Of a stretch of 64,000 nt of DNA, positions 1-17,538 are shown one piece after another. A program made the position numbers and the translations under genes. Location: assembly GCA_040954595.2 (NCBI GenBank), contig CM082590.2, positions 8,743,764-8,807,763 on the forward strand, in the 5' to 3' direction. The first letter of the stretch is position 1. Every line of letters begins with the position of its first letter. A model generated the notes under the pieces. It saw only the letters and a program-made list of their open reading frames with translations, searched no databases and was not told the DNA's origin. Origin of the DNA: Balanoglossus misakiensis. Taxonomy: Eukaryota; Animalia; Hemichordata.

Positions 1-2792
1 TTCGGTTTAGACAGACTTCACTGTACATCATTTTTACCCACAAAGAAGCAATATGCCATGGTGAGAATTAAGCTCACAAATAAATGGTTTACATATCGAG
101 AAAATAAGTAACCAGTGTATAAGATAACATACCAGCTGTTGTATTGCTCAGATATTGATATAATTGTGGGAATCATATTAATTAACGTCCAAACTTGCAA
201 AAGTGGTTGTTTTGGGGAGTATAAAAATGGGGTTGTAGAAATTATTTAAATTTGATCTCTGTAGGGTTGATTTCGCGCAGGAAAATGAGTAAAAATAAGG
301 GTTGTACTTGTAATGAGAAGATAGATAGAGAAAAAATGGTTGAGTGTAGATATGCTTGAGATATACATTTAGCTGTGACCCGAATCAATGACTGAACAGT
401 ATTCCATGACGAGGAAATTAATAACTGCCAACAGACACAAAAGAGGCTCGGTCTTCGGGTGTGTAATTTCATCTAAGCGAAAAGGGAATTTTGAATGTCA
501 TTAATTTGCCGGCATTGTCACGGAATTGTTCTTTTATTGCGAGATTAATACCCAAGATTATCATCCCCGCTGCTTCATTGATTATGTTAATTTAAATGTC
601 CACTAATCGGGGTGTAGTGGATTGTCCTTTGATAATGCCAGTACAAGGTGTTAGGTGCGCACAGACAGGATAGAATGATGGTATTGAAAGTATGGATGGG
701 TGAACAAAAGTGCATAGCGATAGTCGTACATGTCGTGTTCAGTGATGACCAGCAAAAAATGGACGAGCAAATGTTCGTTGCGATGTTGTGTTTATAGTAC
801 ATTGACCAGCAAAAAAAGAAATGGCTGTCACCCCTATTTCTCTGTATGTGGGTCGTTTCAACCCCAAAGACAACTTGTCATCATCGTTTAAAAAATTAAC
901 CATCATAACTTTTTCCATATTTTTGTGAAAATTTTGATCAAAATCTGTGGGCAGTGGGAAGTTATGTCAACCTGGTCCAAAATTACGGAACATATTAGAG
1001 AAAAATGCATGAAAAATGAGAAAATGTTCACCAACGTTTTGACTGGAAAAAAATGTGCGTTCACAGGGTTAACTATAAGGTCAGACCATACCAGTGGAAT
1101 ATTCCGGGTAATTGAAACGTAGTGATAATCGTTAACACAGAATTGGGTGTAACAGTAACTGTAAATTTAAATTCGGGACGCCGGGGTTACACATTTTCCT
1201 CCTGGTACGGCTTCATGGCGATCTGTCATCGTGCAGTAAACTTGTGGTTGGCCGTCTCTGTATGGGTGTAATAAAAAATGATTGAAGGAAATTAAAGCGA
1301 GTCTGCTTGAGATCACCGGCATGTGTGTGTACAACACGGACATTTATTGCTTCCACATTGGTTTCTATGGCGCCTGTTTCCATACCACCAGAGCTGGTCT
1401 GTTTCATGGCTGACAGACTCGCCAGGTTTTGACCTCTGACCTCTGAAATATATGCGTACGCCCCCTTTCCTCACTGATCTGTTTCACGCGTGATAGGTTC
1501 GCCCGATTGACCTCTGACACGGGGAGAAACATGCAAGGGAACACGACTATCTAGGGCCTACCCCGGCCGGAGGTTTCGAGCCCCGGCTGCAGAGTTGAGT
1601 TGTTGGCGAGCGTAAACAGGTTTTATGTAGGCCTAGTCGCAATTGATCGCCTCTAGAATTGATTTGCGGTGGTTTTGAAAATAAAATTAAAGAACGGTGT
1701 CAGCAGCCAAGTAACGAAGCAAAATATGCATAAATTAATAATTCCAGTTCCAAAGAACGGCCACACCTTACATACACAGAGACTTTTTGAATGCCCTGTA
1801 TTCTAGATAATAGGAGACATTGAAATACAATATTGATAACATGGCCTTTACAGGTATTGCATTGTCACTGCCAAGCTCAAGGGCATTGCCAAGTTCGTTC
1901 TGCATCATTGCCAAGGTCAAAGTATCAGGTTGCCAAGGACTTGTCATAGCACTGTCATTATCACATTGGCCCGTACAAGGTTGAGGGGCATATATGTAAA
2001 ACCGGTCTATTCTTTTGCCAATACAAGCATGACCTTATCATAACTTCCTCAATTGCTTCAAGATTTTCCTGAAAACTTCCTGGATATTTGCAAAGTCTTG
2101 CAACCGGTTTTCTGTATGACAATCATGTCATACACATGTTGATTTGTTTACCTGCTATATTACCATAGCAACAGTGTCGATTTTATCTGATTTTACCAAA
2201 GCAATAGTGTGAAGCTGTTACTATAGCAACAAGATAGACATTTTTGTCTTATGATAGCCACTGTAGCAACGGTGGCCTTTTTCTCAAACTGACATAAAAC
2301 AAAACCCTGTTTCCAAGCATATCGTAGATGTGAATTCTGAAAGGTCACGTGTTTCCAAGTATTTGTTCATAATTTATCCATGCTTCTTGGGGGTGGGGTG
2401 GTGGTGAGTTATCATTAATTGAGAAAAAAAACGTTGAATTCTCAGAAACGTCTTGTACCTGGTCACCTATTTGCGAGTGAAGTGATCGAGGTGTTAGGAT
2501 CTCTTCCGAGTACAGACCATGGGGTAGGAACCTTTCCGGTGTTTCGTCTTTTTTTAGTTCTCACAAATAAACTCCGGGGATGGGGGAGGGATTGAATTGA
2601 GGGTGTTTCCTCCCCTATGCACAGTTTTCAGGAGAATTTGGAATTATTTGTGGAGATTTGTTGACTGAAAAAAACGTGTTATTCCCCCTACCCCTATAGA
2701 GTGTGAAAATCCGGGCGTGGTTTCACCGATGTCAATTTTACCGTCTGCAATGACCGATCTGGAATTCTCCGCCGTTGTAGACTAGTCTAGTT

Positions 2793-2960
2793 CAGTGTTT
2801 TTGCTAAGGTTGGGGAACATTGGTAATGGATTTGGGAAGCCCGGTAACATTTCTATAACCCCCTAATATAACTACATTGATACACCCAGGGGAACCCTGG
2901 TAAAATGACTGGGGAACTCTGGTTGATTTTACCTAGGTACCGCCCTTAACAAAAACACTG
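2793..2960. mobile_element. MITE with CAGTG...CACTG TIRs and 5-bp TSD (hAT5-like)
   Basis: TIRs CAGTGTTTT(T)TGCTAAGG / CCTTAACAAAAACACTG flanked by TAGTT on both sides; near-identical copy at 29540-29711; degraded inverted copy ~4410-4554. Confidence 0.8.
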
Positions 2961-4254
2961 TAGTTTCCGCCACATGCGAGAATTAGTGTGAGGGTTCTCT
3001 CTCTCTTGGCTGTGAAGTGTGGGCCACTGTTCCGATAAATCATTACGGCCCTCGCAGGGCATATAGTAATCAGATGTCAGTTGCTTGTACGGAATTAGGT
3101 CAGTTCAAACGCTGACATTTTCCGGGTATAATGAGCGAGAAAAAAAAACGACCGGAGCACTGTTCCGAGGTACACTCTGTATTCCGTCTCTGCCTATGAT
3201 GAAATTGGATTAATTCTTGTGGTTTTTTCGTGGTTGGGTTAATTTTCGTGGAAATGTCGCGAAGTGTCCGTGAATGAATGATTTATGGGTGAGCACTGTC
3301 AAGGTTATCTGAATGAGCATCGGAGCGTTTCTTGCTTGAATATCACATGAAAATAAAAATCCAATTTTTTGTGATTATTCTCTCTTAAGTCTGTGTCAAG
3401 GTGTTTTTGAAAAATGCTCGAGAAATAGGCCCTTTTGAAATATTACTTGTATAAATTATTTGGTTATTCTAATTCATTGGTTTAAATATTTTTGCTTATT
3501 TTATGCATAATGATTATTCATGTTGAGCAGTTTTAATTTGTAAAATTAGTTGAACCCTTTCACCACCATGGTTTGGTCCAACATTATTACAACCAGAAAA
3601 TGTCAAACCTGTAATTTCTGTGAAATTTGACAAGTACTATCCTACACAGCTGTTGGCATGGTAACCAAGTGTAACCAGAAAATGTCAATTATTATGAAAT
3701 TTTGATAAGTACAGCCTTTGGCATGGTAATGAGTTGTAAGATGGTAATAAGATATGAACAGAAAATGTCAATAAACGTGAAATGTTCTGAAACAGACAAT
3801 GCAGTTTCATACAGCTTTGCACGCTTAGACCCAGTAAATGTTACTTTTTAAGCGTAAAATCTTGCGTGAAAACTGTTCAAAAGTGTTTTGGAAGATGCAG
3901 AAGGATTTTCACAATTTGATTGGGTATTGAGCATGTAGTTTTCAGTCCTAGTGGTTGTGAACGAGTATTTTGGAAATGTACAAGATTTTTGACGATTGAG
4001 TGTGAAGCATGTAATGATGATTCCTGTTGGTGTTTTGCCAGACACAGACAGACAGCATTGGGAAGCTCCTTTCGTTAAAACAACACAGGTTTTCCGTTTG
4101 TCATCAAATCTGCCCGCAAGAGGCCCGAATAAATTTGTTTGCCATGTGCGTTGGCTGCTTCCTGCTGTCGACTTGTGTTACAGACATGAGGTCATCTGGG
4201 GTGACGATCTCCGACCGAGGAGTGGGTCAGACATTCCAGTTGAGTTGACTTCTC

Positions 4255-4410
4255 GTGGGGCGTGGTCACATGGGCTGCTGTCATGGTAACGGGTGGGAGT
4301 GGTTTCGGGTGTGGTCACATGGGCTGCTGTCATGGTAACTGTTGTGAGTGGTTTCGGGTGTGGTCACATGGGCTGCTGTCATGGTAACAGATATGACTGG
4401 TTTCGGATGG
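4255..4410. repeat. ~48-bp minisatellite, ~3 copies
   Basis: GTGGTCACATGGGCTGCTGTCATGGTAAC at 4262, 4311 and 4359. Confidence 0.9.
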
Positions 4411-5570
4411 GTACCCAGGTAAACGTTACCATGGTTCCCTAGGCATTTTAGCACAATTCACCCTTGTACATGTATATCAATTCTGTCATATAAGAAGTGT
4501 TACTGGGGTTCCCAAATCTTCCGCCAATGTTCTCCAACCTCAGCAAAGACACTGGTTGTGGACACTGTTTGTTGCCATAGTAACTGGCGACACAGACTTT
4601 ATCTTGTGTTGTGTGGTTTTATTTTGTTTTGCAAGATTTGGGAACAGTAGGGCTGTTCAGAAGAAATTTGAAGCAATAGGCACATAGTGCGTTGTTTTGT
4701 TATACAGTATGCATTGCGTTCATAGATGTTTTCTATGTAGGACAGTTTGACCTCGTCTATGGTGCTAGTGGTGTATAAATTGTGTGTACATTTATAACAG
4801 GAAAGAAAAACTTGTCTGTATTTGACAGGTCTTTCTACGGTAAAGCAATCTCATTCCTGGAGGGACAATAGCTCGCACTTTTGACGCACAATTGAAAAAT
4901 GTCTTTTGAAGGACGAACAGAAAAAAACGACAAGATATAAACGCGTTTTCATAGTAGATTTATTCCGATTGAGGTGAGCTGTCATGGGGAAGGTAAACAC
5001 GGTCGCTGTTTGTAAACCAATGATTTCAATCATCACATAAATTATTGATATTTTTTGGTTATGATAATAGCTAGTGTTATAATGGAAATATATTTGACTT
5101 CCATACAACAATACCTTGTCCTCAAAATTAATGTTTTCTCTCCGTGCATATTAGATTATGATAATTTTCTGAGAGTCCTTGTACATATTTTGTAATCACT
5201 TTTCTATTATATTTATTATTTGTTTAATCTTAACCCTTTCACCACCATGGTTCAGTCCAAACCCATTGTTTTCTATGGTAAGGTTTGCGATTTGTGCGAA
5301 CCAGACTGTATTTATTAGAACAGACCTGCCAATGGCAGAAAAGAGTCAGAGATCCGACTTGAGACTTTTTACGCTATGATCTATTTTGTGACAACTTTTT
5401 GCACTACGATCTAATTTTTTTCCACTGCAGTCTATTTTTGACAACTTTGTACGCTGTTTTGTATTTTGCGATTGATATCAACACCATTTTCGCGCCTTGC
5501 GCGCGTTTTTCAATAATATCAGATACTGACCTCGTGATTTTTCTGTTTTTCCGGTTTATAGGAGTTACAG

Positions 5571-9744
<4,174 letters not shown>

Positions 9745-10936
9745 TGTCACTGCCAAGTCTATGCGTACCAAGACCACGAGTGCGTCAAACTTCTGTGGGG
9801 TTGTCCAATATCACCCCCCTCACAGACCTTAGGATTATAGACAGCTAACTCCCCCCCGAGGGAAATAAACCGGACTTTTGTTCATCTCCTAAAGCCCACT
9901 TTAGGAGGTGGTTAACCCGGACTGTCCCATTAAGTTGTGGGGGTGTCTGATCTACTTTTATTCAATGTGCGTACAAGTGTTTATACCTGCTTTCAAAAGC
10001 TCTGAAATAACAAATCATGAGAAAGTTTTTAAAAAAAAAAATGAGATGAAATTATTGAGCTCTTCGGAGCGTTTGCAGTAACACACATACAAAATAATCA
10101 TTGTTTAATTTACAAGGGAAATTTTTTGTGACGATAAAGTGCAATGTTTCCTTTGCTAGTTTTATTGACACTGTCTAGAAGTAAATAAGTGTGTAGAGAG
10201 AATAAAAAAACTGAATTTATCAGTCAGCGGTCCGAATTGAATTTCCCCCCCCCCCCCCCCCCCCCCCCCCCCAGGGTCTCGCTCGTCGACTTTGCGACGC
10301 ATCTGAGACGAGTTTAAGCCACTGGTACTCACTGTACTATCACAAATTGGGGGTTAGTATCCGTTGACGACGTTTGTCGACTTTTCTTTGGTTTTTTCCT
10401 TCCTTCATACCCCCCAAGCCCCTCGTGTTTCTGCACTGTGATATAGCTCTGTAGAGCCCCAAATCATTGATGTATGTAAAACAAAGATCTTAGGGGTAAA
10501 AAAAAAACAGAAAAAACATTGTACCACTTGTTGAACAGTTCAGATTTTTGCCAGTTTTTGCTACTATGTTTAATGAGAAATTTTGAAAAAAAAAGACAAA
10601 AAAAATTACGTGAGTTGAACCATGTATATGATATGAATTTTTTGTCGACCTTTTGTAGTAAGCATAAAAGTCTTATCCCGTTGCGAATAGAAAATTACCC
10701 TATTTTGATGTTGATTTTTATTAATTTCTACATTAAATCTCTGTGGAGTTGCGAATCTTCAGTATCTTTGGACATTGAATATATTTCTTTGTACACTATC
10801 ATATGAGAGGTTTTTTACGTCACACCTAATGTGAGAGAGTTTTTAAAAACAAGGTTAGAACATGCGAGCAAGCCAGTCTGTTGTATGTAGTCTTTTAACT
10901 AGTGTAAGTGTCAGAGCGCTGTGCTGTAGCAGAACT

Positions 10937-11071
10937 CAGACAGACAGACAGACACACACGCACAGACACACACACATACACACACACACACATACATACA
11001 TACACACATACATACATACATACATACATACATACATACATACATACATACATACATACATACATACACAC

Positions 11072-11126
<55 letters not shown>
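10937..11126. repeat. Compound microsatellite (CAGA)n/(CATA)n/(CA)n
   Basis: Directly visible; explains the spurious THTH/VCVC ORFs. Confidence 0.98.
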
Positions 11127-11130
<4 letters not shown>

Positions 11131-14100
11131 ATCATCTTCTTTCATGTGTTGGAAGACCCACAGCTCCAGTGGCAGGCTAGCAAACATAGTTTTTAGACGA
11201 ACGAATGTAATTATAAAAAGAGACGCTTTTTATGTTCACTGAATGTATTAAATCAAATCGTCGTTGGTCACACTTTGGTCGCTCACAACGATTTTAGTGC
11301 CAGCAGTTTATGCTTTGAATGATATATTTCTGATTAACTTAAAGAGTCCACTGGTACAGAGAGATAGAGTGAACATGGGTCAACCCCCTAGCTTCTTAAT
11401 ATTACGCAAAAAAAACGAACTATTGTAAACTTTTTTATCAGACCTATGATAGTGGTACGAAATGTTGAGTGTAGTTAGTTTGTAACTTCTTTCCTCTACT
11501 GTTGGACATTTTTTGTCATGTGACGATTTGTGAAAGTGTGCATTCCTGTGTACTACAGCATACCTGAGCAGATTAAACACCGTTATTTTTTTTGTTTTTA
11601 TTGTAAAGTAGATACAGCAAGGCTTAAAGAATTTACCTATCTGCGAATTTCAGAAAATTTGTAGGCATTCTAGACTCTTCAGATTATAATCAGAACTTTT
11701 TTAACGGAAGACAAGGGATGTCTGAGAACTCAGTGACATTTTTCATGTAAGCTAGGGAGCTTTTTGCATTTAGGTTGTCATTGATTTGGGTCACGAGGGG
11801 AGATTCAGAATTCACTGCCGTTAATGGTAGAGTACATTTTCACAGCAGATGACCACTTTTTCTTTAAAAGTTAGGGAGTTCGAGAAGTAGGGAAGGGGGA
11901 TAATCTGACATCATCATGCAGGTGGATCTCACTGTGGATAAATTAAGGAATGGCTTTTTTTTACTTCCAAATTTTGCCCGCGTAGTCATTATGGGACCAA
12001 TTCCTGAAAAGATGTGCGCAAAAGTGGTAAGAAAACCATTGCTTCTTTCAGTCTTGTATCCATGCAGACCGAAACATGCGCTACCTGACCAGAACCATCA
12101 GTTGTTTTGCCCTCAGACTTTTGAAAGCTTTTTGGGTTCAATGTCAGTTTGAAACGTCTTCAACTCAATGTGCCAAAATACAGCAAAAGTCTATGCTTCT
12201 CGCCTCCCTAGTTGGTTAATAGAAGTTACTACTGCTTGACGTCTCCCTAGAGGTAAACAAATTACATGCAAAAGTCTCCCTAGATTAGTTGTGAAAAATT
12301 CAAGACCCCCTAAGTTAGGGTGTAGTGATATGACGATGTGCCAACAGAGAATGAAAAAAACGTTGTTTTTTAAGCCTTGATTTTTGTCAGTAACAATTTT
12401 TTTTTTATCGGAAATGTTTATTTTGCTCAGGTATGGATGATAATTGGGTCACTGAAAAGGAATATGTGATTGATAATTGTGTCTATTTTATAGAATGTTG
12501 TCCTTTTACTGTGCCGTCTTTTGATGTTCATGTACTGTAGTTGATTTTTATGCGCCACGGGAAAGAATCAACTCTTTTTAGCTTTAACAAGAAACAGACT
12601 GTACCTCATATTCAAGTTGTGAAGCAAAAAAAATTTTATTTTTAGGGGCCGTCGGAAAATTCACTGCCTTTTTCGGGGAGTGTTTAATGGCAGCATCTCA
12701 TTGGTTGGCAGCCAGCTAACTGGGCACCCCCCTAGGTTACTGATTAAAAGTTGACCAGATGAATTCCTAATAGACACCCTAGGTGGTGAAAATTGGCTCA
12801 TGAATATGCATAATGATCCCCTAGGTTAATATATTTGACATGGATTTTTCATGCCTGACTTTTTTCCTCTCAGCACTTGCACAAGTCCAAAGAAGTTTCA
12901 CATTTAATCTGTTTTGTAACAAAACCAGTCGTGTAATTTATGAGCAGGTTATTATTGTTGACGGACGAATGTACTTTCTGGTTCAGTAACTTTTATATCG
13001 TTTTTTTTTAAGCTGTGACGTGGAATGGCTCGCAGTCATGTGGGTCCTAGAGTTTTGTGGTTATGTTTCTGTTCTTGCTTTCGTGGCCGGGTTAAGGGGC
13101 CCTGTTTTGCAAGAATAGAAACAGAACTGAAATAGCGGCCATTTTCTGCAACGGGCGACCTTTGAACTGAACAAAAATTAAGGACAACTCAAAACCGGTT
13201 TCAGTTGCCAGGGTTCCCCGTTGCCGAGAATGGTCATATCAGTGACACTCACCTTAAGGGGTGTACGGACAGTGTTGACTTCACAAACAGTTCTTTTCCT
13301 GGTCATTTATGCATTGCTTCACCCCTATTTCCAAATCTTCAAGTCCAATCAAACCATTGAAATCAATGGGGTGAAACCAAAGAATCGCAGGGAGAGAGGG
13401 GCGAGATTGAACTTTCTGTAACACCAGGGTCTTAGTTATTTTTTTCTGCCTTCCTCTAGAAAAGATTTAAAAAAGAAAATATTTAAAAAAAGAATGAAAA
13501 AAATAAGAAAAAACTTCCTCTATTTCAGACTTAATGGATATTTCTATGTTCACGGCTGCATGCCAACATGAATTTTTATAAACATGTGAATTAACTTATT
13601 TTTCATTAGATATAAGGTTATGAGAAGGGTCGGTTTACCAGGTGGTTGCAAGATAATATTATAATGACCTGTGGGTCGTTTGTGTGTGCAAGAGTAAAAC
13701 AACTCATTTCTTGCAAATATCTGGTAAACTGACATTTTCCTTCAGTTTTGACTTCGCAAGAAAAACCCAAACTCATGTCACCTATTTGTGGTCGAGTATC
13801 CCTTTGGCAAAGTCAAATTCACAGCAAACTTTACATGCAGGAAAAAAAAAAAGCCCACTGCAGAAAACTGGTCATATTCGGAAAGCTGTTCATTTTGTTT
13901 ACAGAAATGGTCAGGTCACAATATTTTGTAGTCGCGTCAATTTATTCGAGGAATGTGCCAATTTTTTGGCACGCATGTTACAGGGTGTTTACAGTGTAGC
14001 GAGAAAAAAGTTATGCTTTCTGATATAAATCTTGCAAGAGGGTGAGATTCCCCTTCCAAGGGATACTTGACTACAGTGTTGACTTGATTGTGGGGTTTCC

Positions 14101-15013
14101 TACTCAAGGAGGCAGGGAAATGTTTATTTGTAGATTCTGAGATTTTTAGGGGAGTACAGCATTTCCTGTGTAAATGTAGTTCACTTTTTTTTTCTGTGTG
14201 TAGTGCATCGGCCAAAGACTGAAACCTGTTGAAATGTGCCAAACTTTGGGAAACATTTATGCCACTGTCAACTACACAGAATGAATGAGAAATATTTGGG
14301 TGAAACTGGCCACCGGTCTGGCATAGTGCTGTCTGTTGTGCTACCCTGTCGAAAAATTTCTCATTCTATTTGCGTGATAACTATATAACCTTCAAGCTGT
14401 AAAACCCACTTGTAATTTATTTGCATATTCATGATGATTCAAATCATATCAGCCAATCAGGGATTTGTATGGTAATTTGCATATTCATGTGTTTTGCTGA
14501 GCCTGAGAGTGATGGACATGACAACAATCTTCGCACCCTTTCATCGCCATGGTTCAATCCAAACCATTGTTTTGTATGGTGAGGTTGGACCTCTAAATAG
14601 GGAACTGGGGGTGAAAGGGTTAAAAACAAGAGTTTTATTTGTAAAGAGGCTTTTCTTTCCAAATGTGAACACTGCCGACTCCAAGCTCAGACGAATTTTT
14701 TGAACGTCCATCTTCCCTGTTGATAAAAACTGCCAAGTACCTTGAAGTTTGATAAACAAAAGATCTTGATTGTCTGCCAGTGAGGGCACATGTCACTGTC
14801 CCAGTTGTTAGACAACTTTGAAGTTGAATTTGAAAGTCAACGGTTTTCTTTTTTCACTGTTTAAAGTGAGATGAAATAATGACAAAAAAAAATCTTGCCC
14901 CCTTGTACAGTCTCGCCAATTTTCACCGAGTCACTGATTGCAAAACTGCTATTTCCTGAAATTCTTGGATTGCGCAAGCCATGTTTATTCTTAGTGATGT
15001 ATGTTAATTTATG

Positions 15014-15184
15014 TTAAAGGTTCATGGTCACTTATGGAAATTTAGCCACAATTTATGTTGAAAGTTGAGATCTAGCCATTCACAGATTTTCAGTGGGTGG
15101 CTTAGCGAACAAAGTGTTCTTCTTTATGGTCAAAGACATACAATTTTGACCATTTGTAAATTAGAAGTGACTGTATTCCTTTAA
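15014..15184. mobile_element. TTAA-flanked MITE (Kolobok-like family B), diverged copy
   Basis: TTAAAGG...CCTTTAA ends; shares internal GAT[C/G]TAGCCA..CACAGAT.TTCAGTGGGTGGC with 9174-9499. Confidence 0.65.
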
Positions 15185-16318
15185 CCTGTTAATTGTTGTT
15201 TCTCGTCCATTTTCACATGTAACCCACCTTTAAGTGTTGTACTTTGGTTGAACCCACATTGTGCTCACAGTTGGATTGGACCAGCTTATTTCAAAACGGG
15301 GGTGACGCAGAGAAAGTGTAGCGTAGAGTGCACATAGTTGAACTGAAAAATGCCAAAACACCACCTTATTTGCCACTTGGTTTGAGATGGAAAGTTTCAA
15401 CACGCGACTCATTTTGGCCAAAATTGCTTTGGCCCTATCTACTTATATCACTACTATTCTTGTCGAAACACATCTCTTGTAAATTATTCACACCGTCACC
15501 TCGCGCATATTTGTGACGAAGATCGCTAAAATTAACGGAGTCTGTTTGTAATCTATAGAAACAGCCCAAATTTAAATTATTGTAGTTGTTTTAGTGTTGA
15601 AACCTTTGTGCTACTAGCTAGGTTGGAAATTTCCAGAGCACAAGTTTTTGAGAATCAGATATTTTTATTTTTTACTTAATATTTATTTGTGTCCCTGTTG
15701 GGTGTGAATATTTGCATATTCATGGTCTAAACCAATCACAGCTTAGATGAGTAGATCATGAATATGTAAATTAGATCTTTTGAGTCATATGCAAACTAAT
15801 CATAAATGAAATGATCTTACTGGTTGAGAGCCAGGTGAAGGTACATGAATATGCAAATAAGCATGCCAGTTTCAGTTGTTAATCAAATTAACTTGTAATG
15901 AAGAGAATATTTAGACCGATTTTAAAATTGTGGAATTTCTGGAAGAAACTGTGCTCGTTTGGCTGTTATGCAGTCATTCAGCTGTTTGTGTTCTTTAAAT
16001 TTTATCAGAAATTCGATTAATGTGTCACTGCATTGCCAATTGTAAATTACCCTGAAACTCATCAATATGTGAAACTGCTTTCTTGAGAATTTTTTTTTCT
16101 TCAGAAATTGCTTGAACATAGTAACTTTTAACTGAATTTGCCTTCTCATACCTTGTTCCCGGTGTTTTCTTTGAGCATCTTGTGTCCCAGAATACACCTT
16201 GATGTCGGTAGCCATGTCTCGACCCTTGACCTTTTGCAAGGGGGAGATCTTGTAGCGAATTATTTGTGAGTTTAAATCTCTCCCTTGTGATGATATTCTT
16301 AGACTTTTTGTAGGAAAT

Positions 16319-16411
16319 TTAACCCTTTCACCGCCGTGGTTTGGTCCAAATCCATTGTTTTCTATGGTAAAGTTGGACCTCTGTTTAGGTAAACGGGGGT
16401 GAAAGGGTTAA
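16319..16411. mobile_element. ~90-bp piggyBac-type MITE (TTAA-CCCTTTCACC...GGTGAAAGGG-TTAA)
   Basis: TIRs with TTAA flanks; further copies at ~14535-14623 and partials at ~3552 and ~5230. Confidence 0.8.
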
Positions 16412-17465
16412 AAAGGTAGAGAGGGAGAATTACGTGTAATTAATGTTTAGACAATTGTTATACATCGACACTAGTGTTACAGAGAGTTTGCAACACGGTC
16501 CCACGTTCTAGTAGTAAAACCACCCCCCATTTCCCTGTTAATGGGTCCAACCAACCCTGTTGAAGACTGTAGGGTTGTACCATTAAGCAGGCGATGAGTG
16601 GGGGTTTTTAAAACCTTGTAGTGATGATTTCATTTTAGAAAATCTTGATTTTTTATTTAAGTTGAATTTTTAGTGAAAGTTCTGTAGCTGGGGGCCGGTT
16701 GGTCGTCTGTTTATTCGTTGCAATCCTAATACACTCTCGATTGTTGAAATCCATACAACACACTGGTCCAATGTTATTGTCTATACACCATATACTAACT
16801 ATTTGCTGCCTAAATGATATAACAAAAAAAAATCTGCAGAAACCAAGCTTATAAGCAGCGCTTTCAAAAACGATGTAATAGTAATGTTCTTTGAAAAAAA
16901 AATAAAAAAATAAAAAACAGTTGTTAAAATTTGTAGCAGTCCAAGTTGGTTGTGATCCTCATAATATTACAGTCCTTAAAATGGAGGGTTTTTTGTGTTT
17001 ACAAACAGAATAAAATATTTATTCAAACATAATATGGAAACGAGTTGTAGTTATTGTGCGTGTATTTGCTATGGTGACAATTTGCGTTAGCGATTGTGTT
17101 GCAAAGTATGAGGTGTGTGTATGGGTTTTTTTTTGAACCACACACAGAAGAGAGAACACACAGGATTTGTGTACCCTAGCCTTACCCCCTCCCCCTCCCC
17201 TATTCATGTCCCCATGTAAACACTTGTCACATTTCTTTTGTCTTGATGTGCGCCCTCACACAACGACAATGGAAATTATGACCGTGAATAGCGTTAATCG
17301 ATCACACAGCGAGTGACGAAATACATTCTTTTTGATGCTTTATGGTTTTGATCAGTAGAAATACAGTATTTATAGTAAATACAAACATGAATTTCGTAAC
17401 ATTTCATAGCCTACTGTAAAATCAAATGTATATCTAGTTCTGATTGTGGTGAGTGAACGTAGAGC

Positions 17466-17538
17466 GCCCGGTTAGCTCAGTCGGTAGAGCGTGGGACTTT
17501 TAATCCTAAGGTCAAGGGTTCGACCCCCTTAGCGGGCG
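17466..17538 (+). tRNA. tRNA-Lys (anticodon TTT)
   Basis: GCCCGGTTAGCTCAGTCGGTAGAGCGTGGGACTTTTAATCCTAAGGTCAAGGGTTCGACCCCCTTAGCGGGCG folds into a cloverleaf (D stem GCTC/GAGC, anticodon stem TGGGA/TCCTA, T stem AAGGG/CCCTT); A and B boxes intact; T6 terminator at 17545; one G6:G67 mismatch. Confidence 0.9.

Noticed and set aside
1-5560. Gq exons 1-2 (GTGESGKS P-loop exon)
   Set aside because: Not found on manual reading; region treated as intron with MITEs and minisatellites
10862-11242. TH/VC-rich ORFs
   Set aside because: Microsatellite translations
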